Notes: generated by a model from the sequence alone, not told the origin. DNA of 61,939 bases, filler included, from Nemertoderma westbladi (GCA_032718475.1; 3 parts of 3 records of this genome joined end to end with filler, not necessarily neighbours in it); one strand, 5' to 3'; positions 1-13,100 are shown, counted from the whole stretch's first letter. Translations and numbers: made by a program.

Positions 1-290
1 GGCAACACGGCGCAGAACATATAGAGATCGACTATAAACATTAGAATGAAAGTTGGGGATAACGAGTCTCCTTGTATGATCCCTCTTAGCTGTTTGATTG
101 CTTTAGAGAACTTTAACCCGTCGAATATTTTACCAGAATTAATAAATAGGTATTTTATAAGCTGATATATATTTCCTTTAATCCCAAACAAGTTGTAGAT
201 TGTATACAGAAGCACAGTTATATATACAAAATCTAATGCCTTCCGAAAGTCTATGATGGCGGCATACATAGTACTCCATCTTCCCTTTAT
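1..290 (-). mobile_element. Degenerate non-LTR retrotransposon (LINE) RT fragment
   Basis: The minus strand translates to YAAIIDFRKALD (~231-280) and RGIIQGDSLSPTF (~50-90), matching the LINE RT motifs FxDFxKAFD and QGDxLSP. No long ORF survives. Confidence 0.75.
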
Positions 291-1588
291 ACTTGGAACA
301 TTAATCTTATTTGATTTTATTGTTTATTGTTTAAGAACAATTCCCACAAAAAGCATGCAGCACTGTGGTAATATACTGAAAAATATAATAATGTTTGTAT
401 ATTACAGTATTATGTAAATACCGGTACCTGTAGTGTAATTATTGTACTAAATATAATAATTCCTACTGTGTACAGATGGTGACTGGACGAGCAAGCCCAT
501 TACGCCACTCACCATTTACACTCAATAACAAAACATACAAATACTTAAAGCTGTAAAGGGTCTACAGTACTAACTTATTCTACACCATAACAAGAAGATG
601 AAACACTGTGCGAAAAATATTACTTACGTTCTTTTGGTACGGTTTATAATATTGTTCAGTATTGAGTAAACGGATATGTTCAAATATATTATATTGCATG
701 CAAACACTACTGTAAAAATCTTAAATACTACTAAAATTAATTTACATATTAGTACATATATTAGTGCAAAACATACAAATCTACGTATTCTATAGAACTA
801 ACTTATCTATATTAATATATCTTTATGTAATTTTTCCAAAGCGTGTTGAGTTGATTTTCCCTGTAAACTGTAAAACCATATTGCCATATTGTTCTGACGG
901 CAATCTGTTTCGTATATACGACTCCTTGAGATATGACTCCTTTATTTATAGTCTTTGTTAGGAGCTTCAGGGATACACAAATCAAAGCGATTCCGCGATC
1001 ATTATCAGGGCTTGGTTTTTCCCCTTCTGTTTGACGGACCCGGACGTCAGGACGTCATCTGCAGCTGTCGTTCAGTGGTGGATAAGACAAAGACACGGTC
1101 TCGGTCCGGACCGGAAGCACCTCCAACGTGTTGTCGTTGATCGATGGCAATGAAGCGGGATGACGCGACCGAGAAAGTAAAATTGCAATTGTTCCCATCC
1201 CATAGGCTGATATTTGAAAATAGTTGGAATTGTGGCCCATACTTGTTGCATGTATTAATTATAATTTTTAATAATTTCGTACTTTTTAAATAATACGGTA
1301 CAGCTTTACAATAAGCAATATAATTATGTTGTGAATTACTTTACAGTCTGACAGTAATTTGTTGTGGCGTTATATAGGCCTAGGCCTACTAAGTACCGGT
1401 ACCGTATTATTTATGTAATTAATAATTGATTAATTTTTTACGGTCCTACGAATTATCCAAAAAAAACACAAAATTACCCAAAAATACACAAAAAAATACA
1501 AAAACACAAAAAATTACCCAAAAAAACAAAATATTACCCAAAAAACTTAGGCCTACCCAAAAAGACAAAAATAATTTATGTCCTACAT

Positions 1589-2714
1589 CCTATAGCAGTT
1601 AGGAACACTGGTCACTTTCTGGCTGAAGCTCAGCCAAAAATTATCCACATATTTACAGCCAGAAAGTGTCCGTGCAGCCACTGTTTGTCCTTCACAGGCT
1701 GTGATTACATTTTCGGACATATTTTGGCTGTAACTTCACTAGTCCTCAACGCAGAAGCTGGGCACATAAGGTGACAATTTTTACTTTTAATATTAGATGA
1801 GATTCGATGAGATTCTAATTCTCAAATTAATTTATACAGAATTTTATGGCGGTTCTAATGGCATAATTTGTAGAATGCCAATCTGCCCGACCGAACCATC
1901 TCTGTGCTTATCTGCCTATTGACATGACATTGGTTTTTTCACGCCTTTCAAGTACAACATTGTGGATAATCCATCTAAGTGCAACCATTGTCCTTCTTAA
2001 CCCAACAATTAGCAATATCAGAATATACAGACTGACATTTAAATCAAAGAATTATGAAAGAAGTGTAACACCTACCGGTACTGTACAGCTGTACCTGTAA
2101 GGAATAAGGAATATTTAATTTATTTAAGGAGTGTGCAGAATTTGGAATAGGCCTACAATTGTACTGGTACCCGGTATTCCTAAATAAGAAACCCAGGTCA
2201 AAAAGTTCTTATTTAGGGACTTTTAGTATTTATGTGTACAATTTCGATATCTTAAATAAGGTAAATTTAAAAAATCCCCCTTATTTAGGAACTGGTCGTA
2301 TTTTTGATGCAATTTTAAAACGCTTGTAGAAAAAAAACCGGACGGTGAAATGTTTTCTGGTTTTTTGCATTATGTTCAAGAAAGACCAAACTTTTACATT
2401 GTGAAATAAAATTATGCGGTATTTTTTCCTGAAACAATTTATTGCATATTATATAGAAAAAATATCCAAAAAAGGCCCAAAAACCCCTAAATAAGAGCCA
2501 TTTTCCTTAAATAAGAACCCACTTTTGGAGCTTATTTAAGGGTATGTTCCCTACTGCCAATGTTAAAATTTCACTGCCGGTTTTCAAATGAAATTTAGCA
2601 TTGTTTTCTATGGAGAAATTTCACTCTGACAGTCTGCAGTCTGAGAGCATTTTCTGCGGACACATTCTGGCTGTAAATTGGACAAATTGTGACCAGTGTT
2701 CCTGACTGTATAGG
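1589..2714. mobile_element. MITE-like element with imperfect TIRs, nested in 1441-7700
   Basis: cctatagcagttaggaacactggtcac (1589) is the inverse of gtgaccagtgttcctgactgtatagg (2689-2714). An internal inverted pair tttacagccagaaagtgtccg / cggacacattctggctgtaaa is also present. TSD not resolved. Confidence 0.6.
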
Positions 2715-2880
2715 GTTGGAAAAATAAGACTGTACAGCTGTAACCTGTGTTCATTGGTTACCTATCGTTTATTGTTTTGGTTAGAATTAGAAAAGCCTGC
2801 TATTGTAACCTGCTCCTTCTGTCCTTTCCATTAATTAAGAAATCTGATTTTTTATGCTGTCTGGCAGTCTGGGTGGGTAG

Positions 2881-3651
2881 TAGGGCTCGATCGGAGCTCC
2901 GGCCTCCGGCTCCGGCTCCGGCCATTTTGGCACCTCCGGCTCCTGCTCCGGCTCCGGTAAAAATATTGCCGGAGTTAATTTTTTAATAAAGTATTATATT
3001 TCGTGCATATTCTAATCTGAACAATTATTTACACTATAAGTACTGTCTGACTGCAGTACAGCTTCAATATCAAGCATAATACAGTAATAGGCCTACTGCA
3101 GTATTTACTTAAAGTCAATGACTGACTGACTGTACTGCAGTACCGGTACTGGTACTGGCTGACTGGCCAGCTGGCTGACTAGCAGACTGTTACAGATAGG
3201 CCCTACTGTAAAAAATTGTAAATGCTATGATTGTACACTGTACCACTGCAGCCATTTACTGCTGTCATGCCAGCCAGCCAGCATACTGGTACTGCAGTAC
3301 TGGTACACGTACGGCAGGCTACCTACAGTACACACCTCTACCACGTTGACGTTAGTGAGTTAGGTACTGTAGGTAATTTTTAGCCGTCAGGCCGTCTGTC
3401 CGTGATAAATTAATTACTTAAAATTTAAATTGAAAATTCATAAATCTATAAATTATGAAATTAATTAGACCTACAGTATGATTGATTATGAGCGATTGGC
3501 GAACGATAACCATACTTTATTTTTTTTTAAATAAATAATTAAATTTTTAAAATTTTTGAAAAACTCCGGCTCCTGCTCCGGCTCCGGCCAAATTGTCCAA
3601 CTCCGGCTCCTGCTCCGGCTCCGGCCAAATCCCAACTCCGATCGAGCCCTA
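2881..3651. mobile_element. hAT-type MITE, copy 1
   Basis: TIRs tagggctcgatcggag / ctccgatcgagcccta with subterminal (ctccgg)n repeats. 8-bp TSD gtgggtag at 2873-2880 and 3652-3659. Confidence 0.92.
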
Positions 3652-4026
3652 GTGGGTAGGCTTCTCGGTAAACCGGTGGCAGTAGGTCATTAAAGGAATT
3701 TTCAAATGAACAAAATGTAATATTTTGAAAAAAGTGAAAATTGAAGTTTTTTTTGGGTAATATTGTGTTTTTGTGTTTTTTTTTGTGTATTTTTATGTAA
3801 TTTTTTGTATTTTTTTGTGTATTTTTGTGTTTTTTTTTTGGGTAATATTGTGTTTTTTGGGTCCTACTAAATACTACAAAAAGCACAAAACAAGCACAAA
3901 AAAGCACAAAAAAGTCAAGAAAAGCACAAAAAAGCACAAAAAAAGCACAAAAAAGCACAAAAAAGGTAAAAAAAAAGCGCAAAAAAGTAAAAAAAAGCAC
4001 AAAAAAGCAAACTGATAGCTGTTTAT

Positions 4027-6628
4027 CAGGGATGGCAAAAACCATGGTTTTTTGAAAAAAAATTTTTGGTTTTGGTTTTATTGTTTGGTTTTTTATGGTT
4101 TTTTTCGGTTTTTTATGGTTTTTTATGGTTTTTCTGTGGTTTAATTAAATCCAATACAGCAATACATACAAATGTAGGGTCTACATACAACAGTCTGACA
4201 CTACAACCCTTGCAGCCTTGCGCTTCCCAATAGAACAAAATACTGGAATAACTGAATAAGGCCACATACAGACATACAGTACACAGTATGCTGGCTGGCT
4301 GGTTTGAAGCGTTTCTTCTGCTGTTCTGTTCTGTCCTTATTCTCATCCAACCCATCAGCCCATGTCAGCATGTGACAAAAGACTAACAACATACAACGTA
4401 AAAATACATACCAACGTCCAGACGTCTGCACTGCTCCACTGCACGCCAGGCTGCAAACCACCACTGACTGAACTCGAGAAACTGACTGACTGACTGGAAA
4501 CGAGGTGAAACCTCATAAGGCTATCCCTCCATTTTAATCTAATATTGCACATTTTCTACTTGTTTTTTATTTTAAGGTTCTACTTGTTTTATTTTTGTCT
4601 ACCTTGTTTTATTGATGTCTACTAGGGCTCGATCGGAGCTCCGGCCTCCGGCTCCGGCTCCGGCCATTTTGGCACCTCCGGCTCCTGCTCCGGCTCCGGT
4701 AAAAATATTGCCGGAGTTAATTTTTTAATAAAGTATTATATTTCGTGCATATTCTAATCTGAACAATTATTTAACACTATAAGTACTGTAGTACAGCTTC
4801 AATATCAAGTATAATCCTGTAATCTGATAATACTGCAGTATTTACTTAAAGTCAATGACTGACTGACTGTACTGCAGTACTGGTACTGGCCAGCTGGCTG
4901 ACTAGCAGACTATTACAGATAGGCCCTAACTTTAAAAAATTGTAAATGCTATGATTGTACACTGTCAGACTGTACCACTGCAGCCATTTACTGCTGTCAT
5001 GCCAGCATACTGTACTGCAGTACTGGCTGACTGGTACACGTACGGTAGGCTACCTACAGTCTGACAGTACAAGCAGACAAGTACACACCTCTACCACAGT
5101 TAGACAGTTAGCGAGGTAGGTACTGTAGGTAATTTTTAGCCGTCAGCGTCAGGCCGTCGCCGTCAGCATCAGGCCGTCGCCGTCAGCGTCAGGCCGTCTG
5201 TCCATGATAAATTAATTAGGCCTACTTAAATTTTAAATTGAAAATTCGTAAATCTATAAATTATGAAATTAATTAGACCTACAGTATGATTGATTATGAG
5301 CGATTGGCGAACGATAACCATACTTTATTTTTTTTTAAATAAATAATTAAATTTTTAAAATTTTTGAAAAACTCCGGCTCCTGCTCCGGCTCCGGCCAAA
5401 TTGTCCAACTCCGGCTCCTGCTCCGGCTCCGGCCAAATCCCAACTCCGATCGAGCCCTAATGTCTACCTTGTTTTATTTTGTCTACCTTGTTTTATTTTT
5501 GTCTACCTTGTTTTATTTTGTATACCTTGTTTTATTGTATAAAATTATACTGAGACTCCGAGTTAATTTTACTGTACATATGTGATAAGTTTTAAACTAC
5601 GTGTTCGTATTTTATTGTACCTTGTTAAATAAATTTTATTGTACCTTATTAAATAAATTTTATTGTACCTTGTTAAATAAATTTCATTGTATGTATGTGA
5701 TACTACTTTTTAAACTGTAGTTACGTACTGATACTCCGAGTTAATTTTACTATACATAATATGTGATAAGTTTTAAACTACGTGTTCGTATTTTATTGTA
5801 CCTTGTTAAATAAATTTTACTGTACGTACCGGTATGTGATACTACTTTTTAAACTGTAGCTACGTAACAGATATATTTTAAACTGTAAATTTTATTTTAT
5901 TTCAAGTTTAATGTATGTATATACACGTGATTTATTGTAATCTACTGTACAGAGTTAGACCATTTATGATACCTAGGCAAGACAATTTTATTATATAATT
6001 TCAAACATGTATTACCATCCATTAATTTACATAATTTACATAAATGATAAAACAATGTAAAATAAATTACCGGTAAATTGTGATTTATATATATTATTTC
6101 ATTATTGTGCAGTATGTATTTTTATATGGGAAAAAATTCAATAAAAAAAAACTGACTGAACCGCGCACAACCTGACAACGCCTGCGCACAATTTTTCAGC
6201 CGCGCAATATTGGTCAATAGGCTATACCGCGCATGCACCGAAAAAAAACGCGCACACCACATTTTAACAATGTAAACGAGAAACATACGCCAGCAAAGCG
6301 AGCAAAACGTTTTCATTAACATTGCAAAATGAACAGATGAAAAAGAAACACGAGCAAAACTCAAAGTGAGCGAAATTTTTTCTTTCTAACAGTGCAAAAT
6401 GAAAAAGAAACGAGAGCAAAACTCAAAGTGTCGAAATTTTTTCATTCTAACAGAGCAAAATGAAAAAGAAACGCAACTACCAGTCTGCTTTATATTATTT
6501 ACAGCGTTAATTATAAAATTTTATGAAAAACCATAAAAAACCAATTTTTTCGCCTTTTTTTAAAAGTTGGTTAAACCAAAAAACCATAAAAAACCAATGG
6601 TGAGAAAAACCATTGGTTGCCAACCCTG
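4027..6628. mobile_element. hAT-type non-autonomous element nested in 3859-7672
   Basis: TIRs cagggatggcaa / ttgccaaccctg with subterminal (tggttttt)n / (aaaaacca)n. 8-bp TSD ctgtttat at 4019-4026 and 6629-6636. Confidence 0.88.
4623..5459. mobile_element. hAT-type MITE, copy 2 (same family as 2881-3651), innermost nested element
   Basis: Same TIRs and body as copy 1. 8-bp TSD atgtctac at 4615-4622 and 5460-5467. Confidence 0.92.
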
Positions 6629-8089
6629 CTGTTTATTGAGCTTGTAATAGAACAGATGATAGAAGAAGCAATATCATGTAGTGCAGTAGTGTCTAGGCTA
6701 CCGGAAGGATAATCACATGTCCAGTATGCTTTCATGTCATATAGCTGCCAGTGAGTGAGTACCAGCACGAGCACTTACAGGTACAGCCCTACCACGAGCA
6801 CCCTAGTGCAATATCAGGCTAATGTCAGTATGTAAAGATGGTTCAATTCAAATATCAGGATAGAACTTATAATACTGTAATATACTTTTTTATTGTCACA
6901 TTATGTCAACTTATCAGCGTTCTGATTAATTACTTGTAACGATGTAGCGATGTGGGAGATGTAGCGACGCAGCATAGGCGCTTGTAAACTGGATATGTCA
7001 GTGTTGACCGAAATCGCGATTATTCTGTTATTGGAATGCCTTTGTTCACCGATAAATCGACATACTGTACAATTATCACATCACGGTCTGCCCGAACCTC
7101 TCGAGTGGGCGATCGATAACGTCTGAGGACAAGTATGATGATATTAGTCATAGTCATACTTGCAATAATCTCGCTTAGGTCGGAACTGCCTTGTCTTGTC
7201 GGAACTTATCTTATATGTCAATATTCTATTTTATTTTACCTTAATTGACGACCCCCATGAGTGCCTTAGATCCTGGGTGTTCTTTCCCATGATCGTAATT
7301 TACTGTAGTTTTATTAAGCTATTAATCTATACTGTATGTGTTTGATTATGTTTTTTTTATAGTGAATTTAATTACAAATACACTTTGCAGTATTGTGGCC
7401 TTTACATACTGTAGGTCAGAACGTTGCAAATTAACAATCATAGGCGTATGGGTACCTTCGTATGTGGGGGGTGTCTGTAACAATATCTCTCATATTTTCG
7501 CCTCCACCCCCCCATGTCTCTTGATGTGAGAATGTTTTTTTGTGCTTTTTTTTTTACTTTTTGTGCTTTTTTTTACTTTTTTGTGCTTTTTTGTGCTTTT
7601 TTTGTGCTTTTCTTGACTTTTATGTGCTTTTTTGTGCTTGTTTTGTGCTTTTTGTAGTATTTAGTAGGACCCGTGTTTTTTTGGGTAATTCGTAGGACCC
7701 AATTTTTTATAATAGTTTTTTTAGTTAATTATATAATTTATAAGTATAATAAGTATATGCCATGCCTAGAGCTAGAAGTAATTATTATTTTTTTTACAAT
7801 TTTTATTTTATTAATTTTTTAGTAGGCCTACCTACCAAGTACCGTTTTTTTAAAGTCAAATTACATAGGCCTAATTATTATTAAGCAATTATTATATTAC
7901 TGTATTCTGGTATTACTGTATTACAGTGCATATTTTTGGATACATGACCGAACGTAATCAGGATCGAATGTAACATAGGCCTAGTTATTACGTAGCGAAC
8001 ATAACCGCAATTATGTTACATTGGATCCTATACTATACAGCTATATCTATGTCTGTAGGCTATGTTACATTCGATCCCTGTATGCTAAG

Positions 8090-8638
8090 TGATTTTTTTG
8101 TGCGCCGAACGCAACGCGGCGCAGAAAAAAATGTGCGCCTGCGCAGTCGAAAACAGTGCAAAATCCGCGTGCGCAGCAGAAAAACTGCGCGAGATTGGCG
8201 CGCGCAGCAGAAATTCTGCGCGAGATTGGCGCGCACAGCAGAAATACTGCGCGAAATCTCCTACCACGTATCTGCCTGCCTACTGCTGTACTGGCCTAAA
8301 GCACACCAAGCAGCCAAGTAGCAAGTAGGAGGCTTATTATTTCAGTATTTCTTACAGTCTTATCTGTATTGTCATTACCCTGTTACCGGTAGTCGGCAGA
8401 CCTGCAGACTGCCTGACTGCCAGGGGTAGCGGGTAGGTCTACTTACCGGTACTGACTTAGTGCTGTAGTGCAAGTCTGAGCCGTGCTATCAATTTTCTGC
8501 GCCTGCGCCTGTCGCGCCGCGCTCTAAATTTTCTGCGCCTGCGCGCTGCGCGGCGCTGCGCTGCGCTCTCAATTTTCTGCGCCTGCTCCAAATTCTGGAA
8601 AAAATTGTGCGCCGAACGCGTTCGGCGTACATGCCCTA
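8090..8638. mobile_element. Partial hAT-like MITE with GCGC-rich subterminal repeats
   Basis: Ends in ...cggcgtacatgcccta, a TAGGG-type terminus like the other hAT MITEs here. It has inverted gcgcagaaaa / ttttctgcgc arrays. Left TIR and TSD not found. Confidence 0.45.
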
Positions 8639-8950
8639 CTTAGCAGAATGGATTCGATCTACAAATTACTAAGCCCGAATGTAACATTGCCATTTACAGA
8701 TTTAAAGGACAGAAGGAGCAGGTTACAGACAGACAGACTGCTATTCTTATTATTACTACTATTACTATTACAGACGGCCTGACCCTGACGGCTAAAAATT
8801 ACCTACATGCTGTAGAGACATATTATAATTGTTAAATTTTAATTGGAGAATATTGACAATAGTCGGATATACTTGATACTCATATAGTTGATACTTTGGT
8901 TAGAATCCAGGCACCAGGCTGGAATTCCGACAGGAAACAAGCAAGCCATA

Positions 8951-10084
8951 ATGTCCAATTCACAGCCCCAACCTAAGCGGCTGTCTATAGATCAGACTAC
9001 GGCATCATCTGTCAATAATCGCAATTCGATGGGTAGTACCGGCGACGTCAAAACCAGTAGGAAATCGAAGAAGGAGGCGAAAGGAATCACAAAGTCGCTA
9101 CCACCAAGTCCAAAGAAATGGGTTAAGACTTCCGTGGAATGTTCCCTTTGTGCTACAGTCTGGACTGAAATAGAGGTCACAATGGAAGTCTCTCGACGAG
9201 ACAACTTCGCATCAAACCGGTTTTCATGTGGATTCTGCGCAGCCAGCCGTATTACGAAGTTGGAAGACGTTATATACCAACTAAAGGAGGAATTGTCAGA
9301 GTCAACTAAATCCATGGTGGTTGAGGAAATTCGATGTCATACGCGTACAGACATTGAAGAAGACTTCAATCTGGTTTTGGAACATGATCTTTCAACTTTA
9401 CGCTGCGAACTGGAGGTCCGAATCCAAGATGTTGAATCCTCGCAAGCAGAAGCTCAAACCAAACTTGAGAACCAGGAATTACGCGTACCACTAGTTGAAG
9501 GACAGGATGTTGATGAGGAAAGCGGGGAATCATGGGTTAACGTTGTCCGACGTAACACAAAGAACCTAAAAGATCTCCATCAGAAAGTGAATACCGGTAC
9601 CAACCCCAGTAAACCGAATACTAATATGATCGATATCGAAAAAGCGATTCGTATGAATGACCAGCGCAAGTGCAACGTCGTGTTAAGGCATATTCCGGGC
9701 GATAAGGGCGCGATTAACACCAGTCAACAGCGGACTGATGATGGGAAGTTTCTCCGGGATGCTCTGCATGAGAAGCTTCCATATACTAACTCTATTCGGC
9801 TGGGTAAACCACGAGAAGATGGTTCTCCACGTCCTCTACTACTAACATTTAATACCCACAAAGAAGCCCTCAAAGTTCTTTCCCGTAAAACCTTTGTAGT
9901 CGGAGATACACAGCTGTATTTTGATAGAGATCTGTCTGCGTACGAACGGGAGATGGAATTTAAGGCGCGGGTCAAACGACGAAGCCAGCGCAATTCGGGA
10001 GAAAAACGTGATCCACCGATCCACACACGCGTTAACCCGGAAATAATTGAAATCCCGATAGATTTATCCGAAAAAGTAGACTGA
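8951..10084 (+). CDS. LINE ORF1 protein (Cys4 zinc-finger-like, coiled coil, RRM-like ORF1 domain)
   Basis: First ATG at 8951, in frame with the 398-aa track ORF. Contains CSLC...CGFC, a coiled coil, and the ORF1 motifs RKCNVVLRHIP, IRLGK...PRPLLLTF and YFDRDLSAYERE. Confidence 0.85.
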   Translation: MSNSQPQPKRLSIDQTTASSVNNRNSMGSTGDVKTSRKSKKEAKGITKSLPPSPKKWVKTSVECSLCATVWTEIEVTMEVSRRDNFASNRFSCGFCAASRITKLEDVIYQLKEELSESTKSMVVEEIRCHTRTDIEEDFNLVLEHDLSTLRCELEVRIQDVESSQAEAQTKLENQELRVPLVEGQDVDEESGESWVNVVRRNTKNLKDLHQKVNTGTNPSKPNTNMIDIEKAIRMNDQRKCNVVLRHIPGDKGAINTSQQRTDDGKFLRDALHEKLPYTNSIRLGKPREDGSPRPLLLTFNTHKEALKVLSRKTFVVGDTQLYFDRDLSAYEREMEFKARVKRRSQRNSGEKRDPPIHTRVNPEIIEIPIDLSEKVD

Positions 10085-10102
10085 CTATATTCCAATAACG
10101 CC

Positions 10103-13100
10103 ATGGCGGCGCCACCCGGACCTCCACGGACCCTCACAGCTCCGACCGCACCTCGGCGGACCCCGGCGGCGCCACCCGGACTTCCTCGGACTCCGACTGC
10201 TCTGTTCGCGCCTCGGCGGACCCCGGCGGCACCACCCAGACCTCCTCGGTCTCCGAGGGCTCCGTTTGCGCCACTGCGGACACCGGCGGCGCCACCCAGA
10301 CCTCCACGGACCCTCACAGCTCCGACCGCGCCTCGGCGGACCCCGGCAGCGCCACCTGGACCTCCTCGGTATCCAACTGCTCCGTTTGCGCCTCGGCGGA
10401 CAGCGGCGGCGCCACCCGGACCTCCTCGGTCTCCGACTGCTCCGTTCGCGCCACAGCGGACCCCGGCGGCGCCACCCGGACCTCCTCGGACTCCGACTGC
10501 TCCGTTCGCGCCTCGGCGGACCCCGGCGGCGCCACCCGGACTTCCTCGGACTCCGACTGCTCGGTTCGCGCCTCGGCGGACCCCGGAGGCGCCACCCGGA
10601 CGTCCTCGGACTCCGAATGCTCTGTTCACGCATCGGTGGACCCCGGCGATTACACAAAGAAATCTCAAGTTTCTATACACCAATGCCGATAATTTGATAA
10701 ATAAGCTTGGCGAGTTAATGAGCTCTGTTACGGTTTGCGATCCGGATGTAATAGCCATTACAGAGGTCCTTCCTAAATACTACTGCTACGACATAGATGA
10801 AACACACTACTGTATGCATGCAATCGGCTACAAGATACTTTGCTCTAATTTAGGGCTTTCATCATGCTCGAGAGGTATTATAATTTACATTCGAAACACG
10901 TTAACTGGAGCTACAGAAATCGAACCATCAATTACGAATTCTGGAATACGCGATGGTCTAGAATCAATGTGGATTAGCATTACACCCAATAAAATTGGCT
11001 CCAAGCAAACAATAATATTTGGATGCATTTATCGGAGCCCCAGCGTGGACAACTATTGCAACGTAGCGAACCTATTGAATTGCATATGTTCTTCTAATAA
11101 AAACTCTCAGCTAATAGTCACAGGGGATTTCAATATGCCACATACTGACTGGGATCTGCTATCCACTAACGACCACGGTGAATCCATAATACTATCCTCC
11201 ATCCAGGACAATTACTTGTTTCAGATAATTGATAAACCTACACGATATCGTCACGGACAAACACCACATATATTAGACCTCATATTGGTAAATGAAGAAA
11301 ATTCTGTAGACCCGCCACTCTATCATCCCACCCTTGGAGCAAGTGATCATGTCCAAATTGAATTTAATGTGAACTTTAATGTCAAGGCTACATCTATATC
11401 AACCCGCCCGAGACTACTATTTGAGAAGGCAGACTACCTTGCGATCAAAGAAGAGCTGATTGAGAACCGATTAGAGAATACATTAATTTCAATGGAAGTT
11501 CAACAATCATGGGAAACTCTACATTCCCACCTAATCAATGCTTGTGAGTCACATATCCCACGTTCAAAGGTCGGTAAAAGAAGAACCAACAAACCAAAGT
11601 GGCTAACAAGAGAGATATCCAACATGATTAAAATAAAACGGAAATTGTGGGATGTTTATAAAACGACTCCGTCTGCTACATCATACAATAATTACAAGTC
11701 CAAACGCAATGAGTGCAGTACAAAGATTCGCAATGCACAATATAGCTTCGAGAAAATGACCGCTACAAATGCTGCGACCAATCCGAAACAGTTCTGGAAA
11801 TACGTTCATTCGAAACGATCAGTAAAATCATCTGTACATAATCTCATCGATAGGGATGGTAATCTAGTCAGTGATAGCAAAGAGAAAGCAACAGTTTTGA
11901 ACAACCATTATCACTCCATATCTACTACTGAGGTCCTCCCCGTTCCGATAGTACAACACAATCCAACATACATCGAGAGTATTCAAACAATAGATTTCAC
12001 TCCATCTATTGTGTCCGAAGAAATAGGTAAAATCAACCCATCCAGCGCACCTGGTCCTGACGGAGTATATCCCATAATGTTAGTTGAGCTATCCTCAGTT
12101 CTTGCAGAACCGTTGTCTATCCTGTTCCAAAAATCCATGGACACTTCAACAGTACCTTCGGAGTGGAAACTTGCAAATATAACCCCCATCTTCAAACGAG
12201 GAATAAAGACGAATCCAGAGAATTACAGGCGAGTCAGTTTGACGTCTGTAGTTTCGAAACTGATGGAACGTATTGTGGTTGCCGGAATGTGGACTCATCT
12301 AATAGAAAATCATTTAACAGCAGATGAACAATACGGATTTCAAAAGGGGCGATCCTGCACTCTCCAATTACTAGATGTCATCTACAACTGGTCGCAGGCT
12401 ATGGACAACAAACAATGTGTAGACGTTGCTTACCTAGACTTCTCGAAGGCGTTTGATGCAGTTCCACATAAACGGCTCATACATAAGCTAAGTGCTCTCG
12501 GATTTGCGGGGAACCTGCTCCGGTGGATTGAAAATTTTTTAACTGATCGCCAGCAACGGGTAGTCGTTGAAGGAGAGTGCTCCGATTGGTTGGCAGTGCT
12601 CAGTGGAGTTCCTCAAGGAAGTATCGCGGCTGTCCTATGGTTCCTTTGTTTTGTAAATGACTTACCATCGCTTGTCCATTTTTTAATATTCTTATTTGCG
12701 GATGACACAAAAGACAGTGTAATATTTAACCCTCGCCCTACCCCAGCCATTGGACCACTACAGACGGACCTGGACATACTTTTCGATTGGAGCTGTACTT
12801 GGCAGTTGACCTTCAATTATTCGAAATGCAAAGTGATGCATTTGGGTTATGACAATCCAAACCTCCCATACAACCTCGGCAACCATACAATAGAAGTATC
12901 AAATAAGGAAAAAGACCTGGGAGTCATATTTCAAAGGGATCTTTCGTTCAGCCACCATATATCAACGATAGTGAAAAAAGCCAACCGAACTCTTGGTTTG
13001 ATATATCGAACATTTAAACATCTAGATGGAGGAATTTTTATTAATCTTTATAAAGCGCTCGTACGACCAACCCTAGAATACGCATCAACAGTTTGGTCTC

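Larger units (their letters stand above)
3859..7672. mobile_element. Mutator-like foldback element with long TIRs (9-bp TSD), inserted in the right arm of 1441-7700
   Basis: gggtcctactaaatactacaaaaagcacaaaacaagcac... (3859 to ~4010) is inverted at ~7535-7672. 9-bp TSD gtgtttttt at 3850-3858 and 7673-7681. Confidence 0.85.
1441..7700. mobile_element. Outer non-autonomous foldback DNA element, Mutator-like (9-bp TSD)
   Basis: Termini cggtcctacgaatta (1441) and taattcgtaggaccc (7700), with A-rich/T-rich subterminal arms. Flanked by an identical 9-mer aatttttta at 1432-1440 and 7701-7709. Confidence 0.8.

Noticed and set aside
3539-4045. Phe-rich and Lys/His-rich ORFs
   Set aside because: Translations of low-complexity A/T-rich TIR arms.
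9724-10758. Antisense Gly/Ala/Arg-rich ORFs over the CR1 repeat
   Set aside because: Shadow frames of a GC-rich tandem repeat with no independent support.
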